64,000 bases of DNA from Antechinus flavipes (lineage: Eukaryota). Numbering within the stretch: position 1 is the first letter of the stretch; every line of letters begins with the position of its first letter. Both the position numbers and the translations under genes were made by a program. The stretch is from the NCBI RefSeq assembly GCF_016432865.1, contig NC_067404.1:84878001-84942000 (forward strand), in the 5' to 3' direction. Under the pieces are notes generated by a model. That model did not search any database and was not told where the DNA came from. It worked only from the letters and a program-made list of their open reading frames with translations. This document shows positions 47,101 through 61,847 of the stretch, piece after piece.

Positions 47101-50100
47101 TTGTTGCTGTTGTTCAGTTGTTGGTAACTTTTAGCGATCTTATGGCCTTTTTATCCTGCACTATCTCCCAAAGTCTGGCCAGGCTCATGTTAGTTGCACT
47201 CTATCCATCTCTGCCACATCCTTCTCTCTTTTTTTCCTGAAGCAATTGAGGTTAAGTGACTTGCCCAGGGTTACACAGCTAGGAAGTGTTAAGTGTCTGA
47301 GGCCTGATTTGACTCTGGTCCTCCTGACTTCAGGGCTGAGGCTCTATCTGCAGCTTTCCCAGTGAGTTCCATCTTTTCACTTTATGGCCAAAAAATCCTT
47401 AAGTTCTAGTTTCCAGTGAATAGTCTGAATTCATTTCTCTAAGTACTGATTGATTTGATCTCTTTGTTGTCCATGGAATTCTCAAAAGTCTTCTCTAGCA
47501 TCACAATTCAGAAGCATCGCTTCTAGGGCACTCAGCTTTCCTTATAGTTCAACTCTCACAGACTTACATCACTACTGAAAAAACATAGTTTTGACTTGCC
47601 CGACCTTTGCTGGCAAGGTGATATCTCTGCTTTTATTCCACACAGATTTGCCAGAGCTTTTCTTCCAAGAGACAGCCATCTTTTAATCTCATTGCTGCAG
47701 TTGCCATCCACAGTGATCATGAGTCCAAGAATATAAGATGGACACTGCTTCTGCTTCTATCTTCTCCCTCTTTTTGTTAGGAAATAATGACACTAGATGC
47801 TCTACTTTTAGTGTTTAATATTTTTATATTATATTATATATTATATAATAAATTATATTTTATATTAATTTTTATATATTACCTATTTGTATAATATATT
47901 AAATATATAATATATTTATATTTTTGTATTATATATTATAATATAGAAAAAGAATATATATTATTTATATTTTATAAATATTATATTTATATTTTATTAT
48001 GTAAAATATATATTACATATATAGTGTTTACTATTTATATATATTATAATAATTAAATATTATAATATTTATATTTCAAGCCAATTTTTACATTCTCCTT
48101 TTTCACCATCAACAAGAGACTTCCTCATTCTTTTTCACTTTTTGCCATCAGCTGCATAACTGAGATGGTTGATATTTCTCCCGGCAACTTTAATTCTGGC
48201 TTTGGATTCATCCAGCCTGGCATTTCTTATGATGTAATTTGCATAGAAGTTAAATTAATAAAGTGACAATATACAGCCTTGTCATACTCCTTTTCCAATC
48301 TTCACCCAATCAATTGATCCATGTTTGGTTCCAGCAGTTGCTTCTTGACCAACAGACAGATTCCTCAGAAGACAAGTAAGATGTTAGAGAGATCATTACA
48401 GCCAAGCTTTCTCCTTTTATAGGTAGGAAAACAGGCCTAGTAGTATACTTAGCAGAAGAAAGTCTTCCTCGAAGATCAACCCAAGCCTCTGAGGAATTAG
48501 TGCTGGCTTGTGAGTGACCTTAAAGCACTAAGGAGATCTTCCTGGAATGGAGACAAGGGTCTGATAATGGTCTTCATTTTGGATATATTTATTTTACAGG
48601 GAAGGAAACAAATAGGTCTGTGGTGATTTGTGGATGGTTACAGGGAATGGGCTGCTAGATGGAATACTGGATAGAGCACCTAGAGCCAGGAAGAGCAGGG
48701 TTCCAGTTCACCCTCAGATACTTCCTAGCTCTGTGACCCTGGGCAAGTCACTTCACAGTTCGTTTGCCTCAGTTTCCTAATCCGTAAAATAACCTGAAGA
48801 AGGAAATGGCTAACCCTTCTATCATCCCTGCCAAGAAAACCCCAATGGGTTCACAAACAGTGGGACATAATTGAAAAAAAAAGCAATTGAACAAGGAATC
48901 AAAATCTTATAGCTCTGGGGTCCATGGATCTTTGCCTTTTTGTGTGTCACAGACCCCTTTGGCAGTCTGGCAAAACCTCTGAACCCCTTCTCAGAAGGTT
49001 TAAATGCATATAATCAAACATATAGAATGAAGAAGAGAACTAATTAGACTGAAATACAGTTACCAAAACCCTGAAAAGGCGGCAAGTTCACAGAGCCCAT
49101 GTTCAGAACTTCTTTGCTTGTGTACTAGCTGCCCATGGACCACCCTGAACATTTCTCTATTGTAGAGTATATGGAATCAGCAAAAGCCTCTTACTGAAAC
49201 AGAAAGAGGAAATGGGGCAAGGTGGGGAGACCTTCCCATAAACCATATCTCTTCCCTCTCCTTTGGGGACAACTCTTCTGACTCCAAATCTTGTGCACAA
49301 CACTGATGAGCTTGGGATTTGTTTGATTTTTTTTATGGTATTGTGGGGAAAATTCATCTTCCCAAGTACACATTCAGCCTTAGACACTTACTCCCTCCTT
49401 AACCTTTGCCAAGTTACCTTCTGTAAAATGGGGCTTATAATAATAGCATCTGTTTCCTAGGGTTGTTGTGAAGATCCATTGGGTTAGCATGTACAGTGCT
49501 TTTCAGGCCCTAAGGCACTATGTAAATGTTTGTTCTTATTAACTCAAAGAGCTAACTTTTCTCTTCTCCCACAACAGGGGATTATAGTTTCAAAATGGAA
49601 GAAATGATCAGCATAATTAGCCAGCTGCAACAAGGTGAGCTGGGGAGTGAGAAAGGCCCAAATTTAAGCCTTTGGGGAGTTCAGGATGCCAGGTAGAACT
49701 GTAACTCTCTCTAGAAGTGTGGCCCTGTACCCTAATATTCTTTCCATCCTCCTTCCTTTCTCTTCCATCAGAGGAGGAGGAAATCTGGTTGTGTAGGACA
49801 TCTGAGGAAAATGCCCTTCCCTGGGAGGTGACCCTGGAGCTGGACTTTAAAAGATGGACAGAGGCCAGAAGAGAAGGCACTAGATCCTCATTCAGGAAAA
49901 CATTTCTTAAACTTAGCTCCTGTAATACTCATTTACTGGGGGATCTTAAGAAAGTCACTACCCCTTATTGAGTCTTGATCATCTCCTCTGTAAAATTAGT
50001 GGTCTTAGCATTCCCCCAACCATTTGAGGGCAGTCTAGGCTAAGAGCTGCACTCATAAATCTCTTCCTTGCTCTCTCTCTTTTTTCTAGCTCAAAGATGT

Positions 50101-53100
50101 ACAAATGAGGAGCTTCAGAAAAACCAAGTTGAAATGGAAGCATTGAGGGAAGAATTAGACAAATGTAAGTCATCCTAATGGAGCTAACTGATCACTTCTT
50201 TAGTCCCAGGATTGTCCTGGAGGCGGCTGCATTGCTCTCCACATGTGCCTGTCTCCCTTTTTGTAGGAGCCAGTGAGACACTGAGAATTACACACTTCAA
50301 GGAACTGAGCTCAGCAAATAACAGTTTTATAGCTTCTCTGTACAAGATTTAGTCACCCAGCCATTGGCTAAGTGCCCAAAACCGTTTCCCCACATCGGGC
50401 AGTAGAGAAGGATGATGAAGGATAGAGGGACTGAAGAAAGCTGGGGTTCTTTCCATATTGTTAGGACATCTCCGCCATGCCGGGCTTGGTCACTTATTCA
50501 TCAGGCAGTAAAAGGTGGAAGTCCTCTAGTTAGCTTCCTGTGTAACCTCGCCTTAATCCCTAAATATGAAATATGTAAAATGTATACTAGTATTAACTGA
50601 CTAAATGTCTGGAGATAGACAAGTATGACAGAAATGATCACTGCTTACGGAAGCCCACTAAACTGAAGGATATTGATTGGAATAAAATAGGGATTAAATG
50701 AATCATTTGACAGTAGTGAGGAGAGGTAGAACACAAATCATAATAGCATCAGATTAGTGAAGCTGGAAAGGTAATTGAAACTATTTAGCCCACCCCGGTA
50801 ACTGATAAAGCACCTTCTAAATATAAGGTCTAGCTTGGAATAAGAACTGAAGAAATAGCCCCCCCCCCACGTGTAATCTCTATTCATTGCCCTTTTTCGG
50901 TTCACAGACTCAGAACGTCAGAGCCTTTGGAGATCATCTCATCTACCCTTTTATGATTATTTTTTTAATTCATGGGACACTGGAATCCAGGGAAGGTTTG
51001 GGACCTACTTAAGATAACATGGCAAAAACATGCTAGAGTTGTAAAGTAGAACTCCTCTTTACACAACACAGTGCCTGGCACATAGTCCATGCTTAGTAGA
51101 TGTCTTATTGACTACCTCAGGCAACTACTCCCTTTTCCCTTTCTGGTTGTCAGTTTCCCAATCTATAAACTGAAGGGGTCACTGTCACCTCATTGAATGT
51201 AGCCTGTACAAAATGGAGGTGAGAGAGATCACTCAGTCAATTTTCTACCCCCTTGCAGTGAACCTGGAAACGATGCAGTTGGAGGAAACCTTGACCATGA
51301 AGCAGGGTAAGTGTCTCTTGCTGGAGAACTTCTTCCCCGGTAGGGAAGCTGGTCTCTTCGTGTGGAAACTCTGTTGAGGGTGAGCTGTCTCAGCTTTTTG
51401 AATGTGGCTTTAGCCTCCCATTACCCTCTTTCTCATCATAGGAACTTTGCTGCTCCTTCAAGAACGCCACAGAGAGGAGGAAAAGAAAGCCCTAAGGTAG
51501 GATATTTAGATCTTTGCAGAAGGAATCCAGAAACAGGGATTAGCTCTGCCTTCTGGTAAGGTGATGATAAGTCATGAGGTCTCCCAATTCCTCCACTGGA
51601 TCTGAAATGTTCTCCATTAGCCATTTCTGGAAATTAAATTATAGAACAGGGCTTTTGAATTTTTTAACTAAAATTTTTTTAATCAGTTGATAAAAATCTG
51701 CCATTTACAATTCTCACCTCCCCTGTTGATAAGGAAAGAGCCCCCCCCCCCCATTACAAATATGTATTGTCAAGGAAAACAAATTTCCCTGGTTAGCCAA
51801 ATAAAAAAACATGTCTCAATCTGAAATTGAGTCTAGCACCTTTCTGTCAGGAGATGGGAAACAGGCTTCATTGTCACACTTCTGGAATCATGGTCGGTCA
51901 TTGCATTGATCGATCAGAGTTCTTAAATCATTCCTAGTAGTTGACCTTTACAATGTAGTTACAATGTAGTCACTATTTACATTGTTTTGGCTCTCACTTC
52001 ATATGTGTCTTCCCAGAATTCTCTGAAACCATCCCCATCATCATTTCCTACAGTACAGTATTTCTTCACTTTCCTATACCATAACTTGGTCAGCCATTTC
52101 CCAGTTGACATGCATTCCCTCAGTTTTCAATTCTTTGCCCCCACAGATAGAACTGTGAGAAATATTTTTGTACATATGCGTCTTTTTGCTTTTATCTTTG
52201 ATCTCATTGGTGTATAACCCTAGTAGCAGAACTGCTGGATTATGGGATGCAGAGTTTAATAGCTTTTTTTTTTGTTGTTGTTGTTTGCAACCTTCTTTTT
52301 TTTTTTTAAATTTTTATTTAATAATTACTTTATATTGACAGAATCCATGCCAGGGTAAATTTTTTTTTTACAACATTATCCTTTGCACTCGTTTCTGTTC
52401 CAATTTTTTCCCCCTCCCTCCCTCCACCCCCTCCCCTAGATGGCAAGCAGTCCTTTACATGTTGGATATGTTGCAGTATATCCTAGATACAATCTATGTT
52501 TGCAGAACCGAACAGTTCTCTTGTTTCATAGGGAGAATTGGATTCAGAAGGTAGAAATAACCCGGGAAGAAAAACAAAAATGCAGATAGTTCACATTCGT
52601 TTCCCAGTGTTCTTTCTTTGGGTGTAGCTGCTTTTGTCCGTCATTTATCAATTGAAACTCTGGTCTCTTTGTCAAAGAAATCCACTTCCATCAAAATATG
52701 TCCTCATACAACATCGTTGTCGAAGTGTATAATGATCTCCTGGTTCTGCTCATTTCACTTAGCATCAGTTCATGTAAGTCTCGCCAGTCCTCTCTGTATT
52801 CATCCTGCTGGTCATTTCTTACAGAACAATAATATTCCATAACATTCATATACCACAATTTACCCAGCCATTCTCCAATGGATGGGCATCCATTCATTTT
52901 CCAGTTTCTAGCCACTACAAATAGGGCTGCTACAAACATTTTGGCACATACAGGTCCCTTTCCCTTCTTTAGTATTTCTTTGGGATATAAGCCCAATAGA
53001 AACACTGCTGGATCAAAGGGTATGCACAATTTGATAATTTTTGGGGCATAATTCCAGATTGCTCTCCAGAATGGTTGGATTCATTCGCAACTCCACCAAC

Positions 53101-56100
53101 AATGCATTAGTGTCCCAGTTTTCCCGCATCCCCTCCAACATTCATCATTATTTTTTCCTGTCATCTTAGCCAATCTGACAGGTGTGTAGTGGTATCTCAG
53201 AGTTGTCTTAATTTGCATTTCTCTGATCAATAATGATTTGGAACACTCTTTCATATGGGTGGTAATAGTTTCAATTTCATCCTCTGAAAATTGTCTGTTC
53301 ATATCCTTTGACCATTTATCAATTGGAGAATGGCTTGATTTCTTATAAATTTGAGTCAGTTCTCTATATATTTTGGAAATGAGGCCTTTATCAGAACCTT
53401 TAACTGTGAAGATGTTTTCCCAGTTTGTTGCTTCCCTTCTAATCTTGTTTGCATTAGTTTTGTTTGTACAAAGGCTTTTTAATTTGATGTAATCAAAATT
53501 TTCTATTTTGTGATCAGTAATGGTCTCTAGTTCATCTTTGGTCACAAATTTCTTTCTCCTCCACAAGTCTGAGAGATAAACTATTCTATGTTCCTCTAAT
53601 TTATTTATAATCTCGTTCTTTATGCCTAGGTCATGGACCCATTTTGATCTTATCTTGGTAGATGGTGTTAAGTGTGGGTCCATGCCTAATTTCTGCCATA
53701 CTAATTTCCAATTATCCCAGCAGTTTTTATCAAATAATGAATTCTTTTCCCAGAAGTTAGAGGCTTTGGGTTTGTCAAACACTAGATTGCTATAGTTGAC
53801 TATTCTGTCTTGTGAACCTAACCTTTTCCACTGATCCACTAATCTATTTCTTAGCCAATACCAAATGGTTTTGGTGACTGCTGCTTTATAATATAATTTT
53901 AGATCAGGTACAGCTAGGCCACCTTCATTTGATTTTTTTTTTTTCATTAATTCCCTTGAGATTCTCGACTTTTTATTGTTCCATATGAATTTTGTTGTTA
54001 TTTTTTCTAGATCATTAAAATATTTTCTTGGAAGTCTGATTGGTACTAATACCTAAATAAATAGCACTAAATAAATAGATTAGTTTAGGGAGTATTGTCA
54101 TCTTTATTATGTTCGCTCGGCCGATCCAAGAGCACTTAATATTTTTCCAATTATTTAAGTCTGACTTTATTTGTGTGGAGACTTTTTTATAATTTTGCTC
54201 ATATAATTCCTGACTTTCCTTTGGTAGATAGATTCCCAAATATTTTATGGTATCAACAGTTATTCTGATTGGAATTTCTCTTTGTATCTCTTGCTGTTGG
54301 GTTTTGTTGGTGATGTAGTTTAATAGCTTTTTGCCATAGTTCCAAATTGCTTTCCAGAATGGCTGGACCAGAGAATAGGTGCCCTTAATCTGGGATCCAT
54401 GGATAGATTTCAGGGTTCTGTAAATTGGAATGGGAAAAAATGATATCTTAACTTCACTAACTTCTAACTGAAATATAGCATTATAATTTAATTATTTTAA
54501 AACATTGTGAAAAGGAGCCCATGGGCTTCTTCTGACAGCTCAGGGGGTATGTGACTAAAAACAATGAAGAATTCTAAGCTCTCAAAGGATCTCCTTAAAA
54601 TCTTGTCCATGTCCCTTGATGAGCTTGGCTTCTAGATTTGGAGTCACAGTACTTTGAAGGTGTTAGCTTCAGTCCCTGATTTGGAGAAGGAATTCTCCTC
54701 TCATCGATGACATAATTTGAAATGGGACTCAAGAAGCCATAAACCCTTAAGGAGAAATGTTCCTTTCTGCTTCTACTTATTGACCTATAGCAGCTCACAG
54801 GCAGGCAGGCAGTAAGTATTTATTAAGCACCTACCATGTGCCAGTCATTGTGGCTAAGCCTTGGGGATACAAAAAGAGGCAAAAACAGTCCCTGCCCTCA
54901 AGAAGTTTACAGTCTCATGAGGGAGACAACATGTAAACATGTGTGCACAAATAAGTTGTGTTCAGGATGAACAGAACAGAGGAGACACTAGAATTAAGAG
55001 GAATTGGGAAAGGATTCTTTCATTTTTTTTATATTGTTAATGGCATTTTGTTTTCCCAAATCCATGTAAAAAAGATCGTTTTGAACATACATTTAAAAAA
55101 TAATAACTTTATTTTCAAAATATCTGCAAACATGTTTCCCGTATATTGGACTACTTGATATCCAGGGGAGGAGGTGGGGGGAAGGAAGGGAGAAAAAAAT
55201 TTAGAATACAAGGTTTTGCAAGGGTGAATTTCAAAAACTAGATGTTTTGAAAATAAAAGGCTTTTAAAAAATAAACAAACAAAAAATAGACAGCAAGTAA
55301 TCCGATACAGGTTAAACATGTGCATTTCTTCTATATGTATTTCCACATTTATCAACATACATTTTTGTAGAACTTTGTGTTCCAAATTTTTCTCCTTCCC
55401 TTCCTTCCCCTGTGCCCAGTCTAATATATGTTAAATATGTGCGATCCTTTTAAACATATTTCCATATTTGTCATGTTGTGCAAGAAAAATCAGACCAAAT
55501 GGGGAAAAAGGGATGAAAATACTATGCTTTGATCCATAATCAATCACCATAGTTGTCTCTCCAGAGGTGATTGACATTTTCCCTCCCAAGTCTATTGGAA
55601 TTACCTTGAATCACCACATTGTTAAAAAGAGCCAAGCCTATCACAGTTGATCATCACATCCTCTTGTTTGTTTGTTTTTTTAAATAGCTTTTTTATTGAC
55701 AAAACATACGCATGGGTAATTTTTCAGCATTGACCCTCTCAAAACCTTCTGTTCCAACTTTTCCCCTCCTTCCCCCCACCCCTTCCCCCAGATGGCAGGT
55801 TGTCCAATACATGTTAAATAAGTTCAAGTATAACGTCATCTTGTTGTTCATGTGAAAAGTGTTCTCCTGGCTCTGCTCACTTCACTCAATGTTAGTTCAT
55901 TCCAGGCATATTTGAAATCAGAGGCTTCTGCTGTGTGACCCTGGGGAAGTCACTTAACCCCTATTGCCTCAGGGGGAAAAAATCAAAGGCTTCCTCTGGA
56001 AAGGCAGAATTTCTACAGGATCTGAGGTGTAGGGAACTTTGAATCCAGTCACCTGCCCCATAACAAAGGAAATCTCTAATCTGAGGAACAATTCAAAGCC

Positions 56101-59100
56101 AATTTGAAAGGGACACAAATTCCCGCTAAAACAATACCTCTAGTTTAGGGACTCTTAGAAGATCAAAGCTAGAAGGGGTAGAATGTAGAGGGAGGGCGAT
56201 GTGTGTGTGTGCACACCCACACGCCCACGTGTGCCCATGTTTGTGGGCATATGTAACTCTCAAAATAAACCCAAGAGGGTAAATTTGGATTGAATTGACT
56301 TCCCTCCCCCATCCTTTTCCCCTTCAAGACAACAGGCTATGTCAATGGAGTGCCTTCAGAATATAGCAAATCTAAATGCTAAGATTCAGGAAGAGAAACT
56401 TCGAAGAAAGAAGCTGAGGTAAAAGAATTATTGATTTTATGCTGGTATTCGATAGCCTCTGAATTCAGTTGCAGATTGTGTTTAAAACTAAAGCATCTCA
56501 GCCGAGGTGATGTCCGTGACATCAAAGGGACATCAAGTCCAGCCCCCCTAACCAATGAGGAAGCCCTGCATGGAATGAGACAAAATAGAAATAGCTCTAC
56601 CCTTTCCTTCTGAAGCTAGCCTACTAGAAGGGATCTTGGCGTTCTGCTAGCCCAAACTCCTTGTTTTCTATTTAAAGAAACAACTACTGGGCTGAGCTGG
56701 GCAAGGGAGGGAGGGAGGAGTTCACATAAGCTATGCATGGATCCCAGGGCTCTCCACTATACTATGTGGCTTCTCATCTTCGAGTGCAGACCGAGACTCC
56801 CAGGATAATAAATAGCGCAGAGAGCCCTAGATCAAGAGGCAAGAGACCTGAGGTCTTGTCCTAGTCCTGCCACTGACTCCCCATGGAACCTTAAGAGAAA
56901 GCCTTCCCTTTGCTTCCCTTGACCTCCATCTCCCCAGCTGTCAAACAAGGGTTGAACATTGCTGGTTAGCCTCTTTCAATCCTGAAACGTAGTGACATTA
57001 AATGATCAGTTGGGAAGTTCCACATGTGGAAGGAGCCAAGAAGAGCCAGGGAACTAGGCCTGGGAAGTTGCAACGATTGGGATTGCTATGGGGGAGACTA
57101 GGTTGGGAGGGTGGCCCAGGGAAATTCTTTGTTTTTCTTTTCCCAGAAAGGAATTTGAACAGCAGCTCGAGGAACTGATGCAAAAGCATAAGGAGCTAAT
57201 GGAATTTCACGTGAGGGAGATCCTAGGGTTGAAATGGGGTGGAAAGCCTTCCAGGTCATGGGGGGGTATAGGAACGTGAGGGCAAAGATCCAAAGCAATG
57301 TGACTGGGGAGAGGTGGGGGTGGCGACGAAGACCTGGTCCAGCCAGAGCAGAAGATGAATTGGAGCGATATGGATCCTATGGGGTCACTACGTGAATGGG
57401 CTAGCCGGTCCAAAGAAACCCTAGATTCATTGCTTTCTCTTACCGGAAGTTATCACATGGAGACTGGTTTTGAGGTATCGGTAGAATAAGATGGCCTCTG
57501 AGGTCCCTTCCACTCTTGAGATTCTGTAAGTAGTTGGGAAGAATTTCAGAGGAAGGAGGAAGCCTTAGATCCAGCTGCCCTTCCTTCCATTAGACACCCC
57601 AGAGGCTGCTTAAAGAAATCAACAATTTGATGATTACCAAGGAACAGCTCCTGGAGGAAGGTAAGGGTCCTTAGGCGAGAAGACAGAGGGAGTGAGCAAG
57701 AAGGGACAGATGAATGGGGCGCCCTTGTGAATTAGTGAGCTCCTCATCTCTGGGGACATGCAAGACTGAGGCTGGGGGGTCACCTATTCCGGGAGACCAG
57801 AGAGAAGGAGCTGGCCCTTAGCTGACGATCAAATGGGGAGAGGAAGAGGTGTGAAATCTAAGAGGAGATGTCTGAAATCCATGTCCTGGTAAATAGAAAA
57901 GTCTGTTCAGGAGAGACTGGATGTTCTGGGGAAGCAAATTGCTAATCTGCCTGCCTTCAAGACCAAGGAAGAGATGATGAGTGAGGGTACCGAGAGTGCC
58001 TTCCTCCACAGCAAGGAAGCTGCTGCTACTATGTGAGTGAGGCAGGGGGGAAGGATAGTCAGGGGGGGGGAAAGTACCAGGAAAAGAAGGTACTGGCTGT
58101 TCAGGGAAGGTACCGGCTGGTGTGACATGAGGGCCATCTTTCCCAGGCACCTTTTTGAAGAGGAAAATAAGAAAGCCATGGAATTCCTGGAGGTAGCCTC
58201 TCAAAACTACGAGATGGTGATACAGAAATCCCTCAGGTGAGCCAGGAAAAGGCTTGAAAGAGCGGGGGGACCTGTTTTTGCCTTCTTTCTCTCTATCCCT
58301 CTTCCTCTCTATTGCTGTTTGAGTCTTTGTGTTGTTTGGGTTTCAGCTTCTGATTTTTTGGTCATTTTCTTTGTTTCTCTCTCTGTTCCTCTTTCCATGT
58401 TTGTCTCCTTCCCTCCCCCTCTCCCTCATTCTTCCTCTCTCCCTTGATTTCTGTGACTCTCCAGTCTGTGTGTGGCTATCTGTACCCCTCTGAGTCCCTG
58501 TTCGTGTGTGTGTATGTGTATGTGTGTCACAGGACACAGTACATACAAAGAGTAAAGATGTTTCAGCTTTAGTTTCGCTAAACAACAGGTTTCAATTTTT
58601 GAAAATGAAATTGAAATATTGAAATTCAGTATTTCAGTAAAATAACAGGTTTCACAGATGATCGTGTTAATTAGCTTTACATTATTTTAGAAACCTAAAA
58701 GGACTTCACATAAACATCTATATGTATCTATAACAAGTAGATGACTAGGCCAAATACCCATTCACCAAATTATTTAGGTTATAATGACTTCATATTTCCA
58801 GTTTGAAAATGAGATATCACATAATTGCATTTGTATTGAACATTTGCACTTATTGTAGACCTTTGTTATAGGAGGAAAATACCAGGGTATGATGATACCA
58901 TCGGAATTGGTTCTTCAGGCCTCAGCCTGGGAGCATACACATGACAAAATAAAACTTCTTAGTTTAGTTTGATATCCAATTATAACAGTTCTACTTTGTC
59001 AGAAGAAAGGAATGATCTTTATCAGGAATGATCAGGTGAGAAACGAAGAAGCAGAACTGGGAAACTGAGTTGGAAGGATCTCACCTTGAGCAGAAGCTCC

Positions 59101-61422
59101 CAACTCTTGTCCAGATACAGACCTCTAATTTGTTCAGGGTTACATTTTTCTGAGGAGCTTATAATAATTCTCTCGAGTGATAGGTTACTGACTTAATGAT
59201 CAAAAGAATATCAGTAACAGTCCTGAGAAATTTTTCTTTCTTCTAGAAAATGTTACTAATCGCAACTTAGGGTTGATAAATCATTTTTTTAAAGTTTACC
59301 AAAACTTAGACACACAGGAGATTGTTTAACTTGTTAAAACTCATCCTGGTGCAAAGGTATTAATCATTAAACAAGCCTATAGATTTTGAGTAGATGCTTT
59401 CCTTGTTATATATATATATATATATTATTATGTCTCCTAAACAGGCTCATTTCTTAGTGCTGATAACCTTACTTAGGATAAACTTCAGGATGAAGGTTAA
59501 GAAAACTGGCAAGCTTACAAATTAAGGCGAGTTGACTGAGGCCTTAGGGAACAGGCTGAGCTTGTGGCAACAGCCCACCCCAACCAACCTTTCTTAGTGT
59601 TTTTATGGATTGTGCTGTTTGATATCTCCATATTTGAAGGTGAAATGATCCGGCTTTCACCTCCTCCCCATCTTGTTCCATATACGTATTATCAGATTTA
59701 AGTTTAACCTGATGACAGTAGCTCCAAATAACTTAGTTAACAGTTTTAGGTTTTTTCCAAGTAATAGCCAAATAGTTTTCAGGGAGGATTTCCATTCCCT
59801 TAAATAATTTCCCTTTTTGTTTTAGGGAGCAAATAAGACACATTTTTTTGATTGAAATGGAACTGATTTTAAAATTTATTTAACTTTAGTGCATTAGATT
59901 TCATTTAAATGTTCCAGACAAACTGAATTGCCATTTGAATATTTTCCAATTCATACAAATCATTTCTCTTTTGTGAGCTAGGAAAGAGTTAAGATGATGT
60001 CATTTTTGTGTGACTGAGCCCTGAGAAGCCTGACTCTCGATAACTCAAAAGCAGACTGGTTTTTTTGGCAGTTTTTAAGTAGCCGTGGACCACTCTGGGG
60101 GTGCTGTCCCTCCTAGGGCTTCTACAGATGGCAATTGGTTATCGATTGTTGCTCATAATGGTGAGGAAGGTGGGACTTACACACCACACAGCCTGCATTG
60201 CAAAACACACATCCCTTCCTGGAGAAAGCCCAGGACCCTGAACTTAAGAGCCTTGGGAATAGCAGTCCTGAGCACTGAGGATGCAAAGCAAGCCAAAAGC
60301 CAGTCCCCCACCCATCAAGTTGAATGGGGGAGACATATCCAAATAAAGCTCTAGAGAGTGTAAATGGCCTCTTGTTAAGAAAGTGGAGTGATGATGAGGG
60401 ATGGGGGCCCACTCTCATTACTGGATTGCAGACTGCACAGGGAGCAGTCTGATTTAAGAATAAGGGAATGGCTAGAAAGGGCCAAGTAAGGAAGGGAGAG
60501 CCAAGTAGGGAGTTTATTGAATAGAGGATGATGTAGTCTGGGCAGCACTTGGGAAGATGACCTGGACCCTGGAGAGCCTGAACGGCCCCCTGGCAGATAC
60601 TGCCGTGGTCCAGGTGTCAGTGATGAAGGCCTGCACCAGGTTGGGGCAGTGTCAGAAGAGAGCAGGGAGCCATATCCAATTGCTGTCAACAAAACCACAA
60701 ACAGTGGGATTTGGTGACGGCATCTGGGAGGTGAGAGAATGAGTGAAAGGTGACAGGGAGGGGAGGTGTGCATTTATACTTCTGTGTATGTAGCCAGGTG
60801 ATTTTGATTAGAGATGGGAGGGATTTGTTTGTGTCTGTGTGCATGTGGATGTCCCTGCATAGTTCCATGTGTGTTCATATGTTGCTGGACATGTGCAGGT
60901 ATGGATGAGATTGGATATCCCTGGCGGGGGGGGCGGGGTGTGCATTTGGATACCGCTGTGTACAGATGGATGTTTCTTCTCTCTCTCCCTATGTCAGTGT
61001 GCATACACTCATCAGTAAGTCAGTTGACAAGCATTCATTAAGGGCTTACTATGTGCCAGGAAGTGAGCTAAGCACTCCATGGGCCCTGCCCAAAACAGAC
61101 CACCATCTAGAGAGGGAAGCAGTACATACAAACAAGTATTCCCATCTGAAAAAGAATAGATGGGAGACAATCTCAGAGGGAAAATACTTGCAGTGCAGGA
61201 GACCAGAAAAAGCTTTCTGCAGAAGGAAGAATTTGAGCTGAGTCATGAAGGACCGGAGAGAAGCCAAGAAATGGAGGGGCGTGAAAGAAAGTGGAGAACA
61301 GTATTTCAGGCATGGAGGACAGCCCATGAAAAAGCACAGGGCAAAGAAATAGATTAATAGATTATCCTATATGAGAAACAGCAAGAAGGTGCTCTCTCTT
61401 TTCCTCTCTTCATTCCTCCTCC

Positions 61423-61503
<81 letters not shown>

Positions 61504-61799
61504 TCCCCCACCATGTTTGTGTGTCCCTGACTACAAGCAACCTTTTTTTTTTTTTGAAGAAAGTTTATTGATTTTGAATTTAAATACATGAAGACAAAAA
61601 AGGACATTTCCACGTACGCAGCATACCATAAAAAGAGCATTCAATATAAAACCTTGAGTTTCCATTTCACAGTTTACTTTTTCTGAAAAACTTTGTAATA
61701 AGTACATTTTCAAAGCTACCCTGCTTCTCTGTGCTTCCTTTTGTTCTCTGCTGTGTGCTTTTTATTTTCTCCCTCTCGCTTCATCCTGTCCTACCATTA

Positions 61800-61847
<48 letters not shown>

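Noticed and set aside
60432-60485. Candidate 54-nt symmetric SYCE1 exon (LHREQSDLRIREWLERAK)
   Set aside because: Phase-compatible but lies in L2-derived sequence, has a weak polypyrimidine tract and shows no clear SYCE1 similarity
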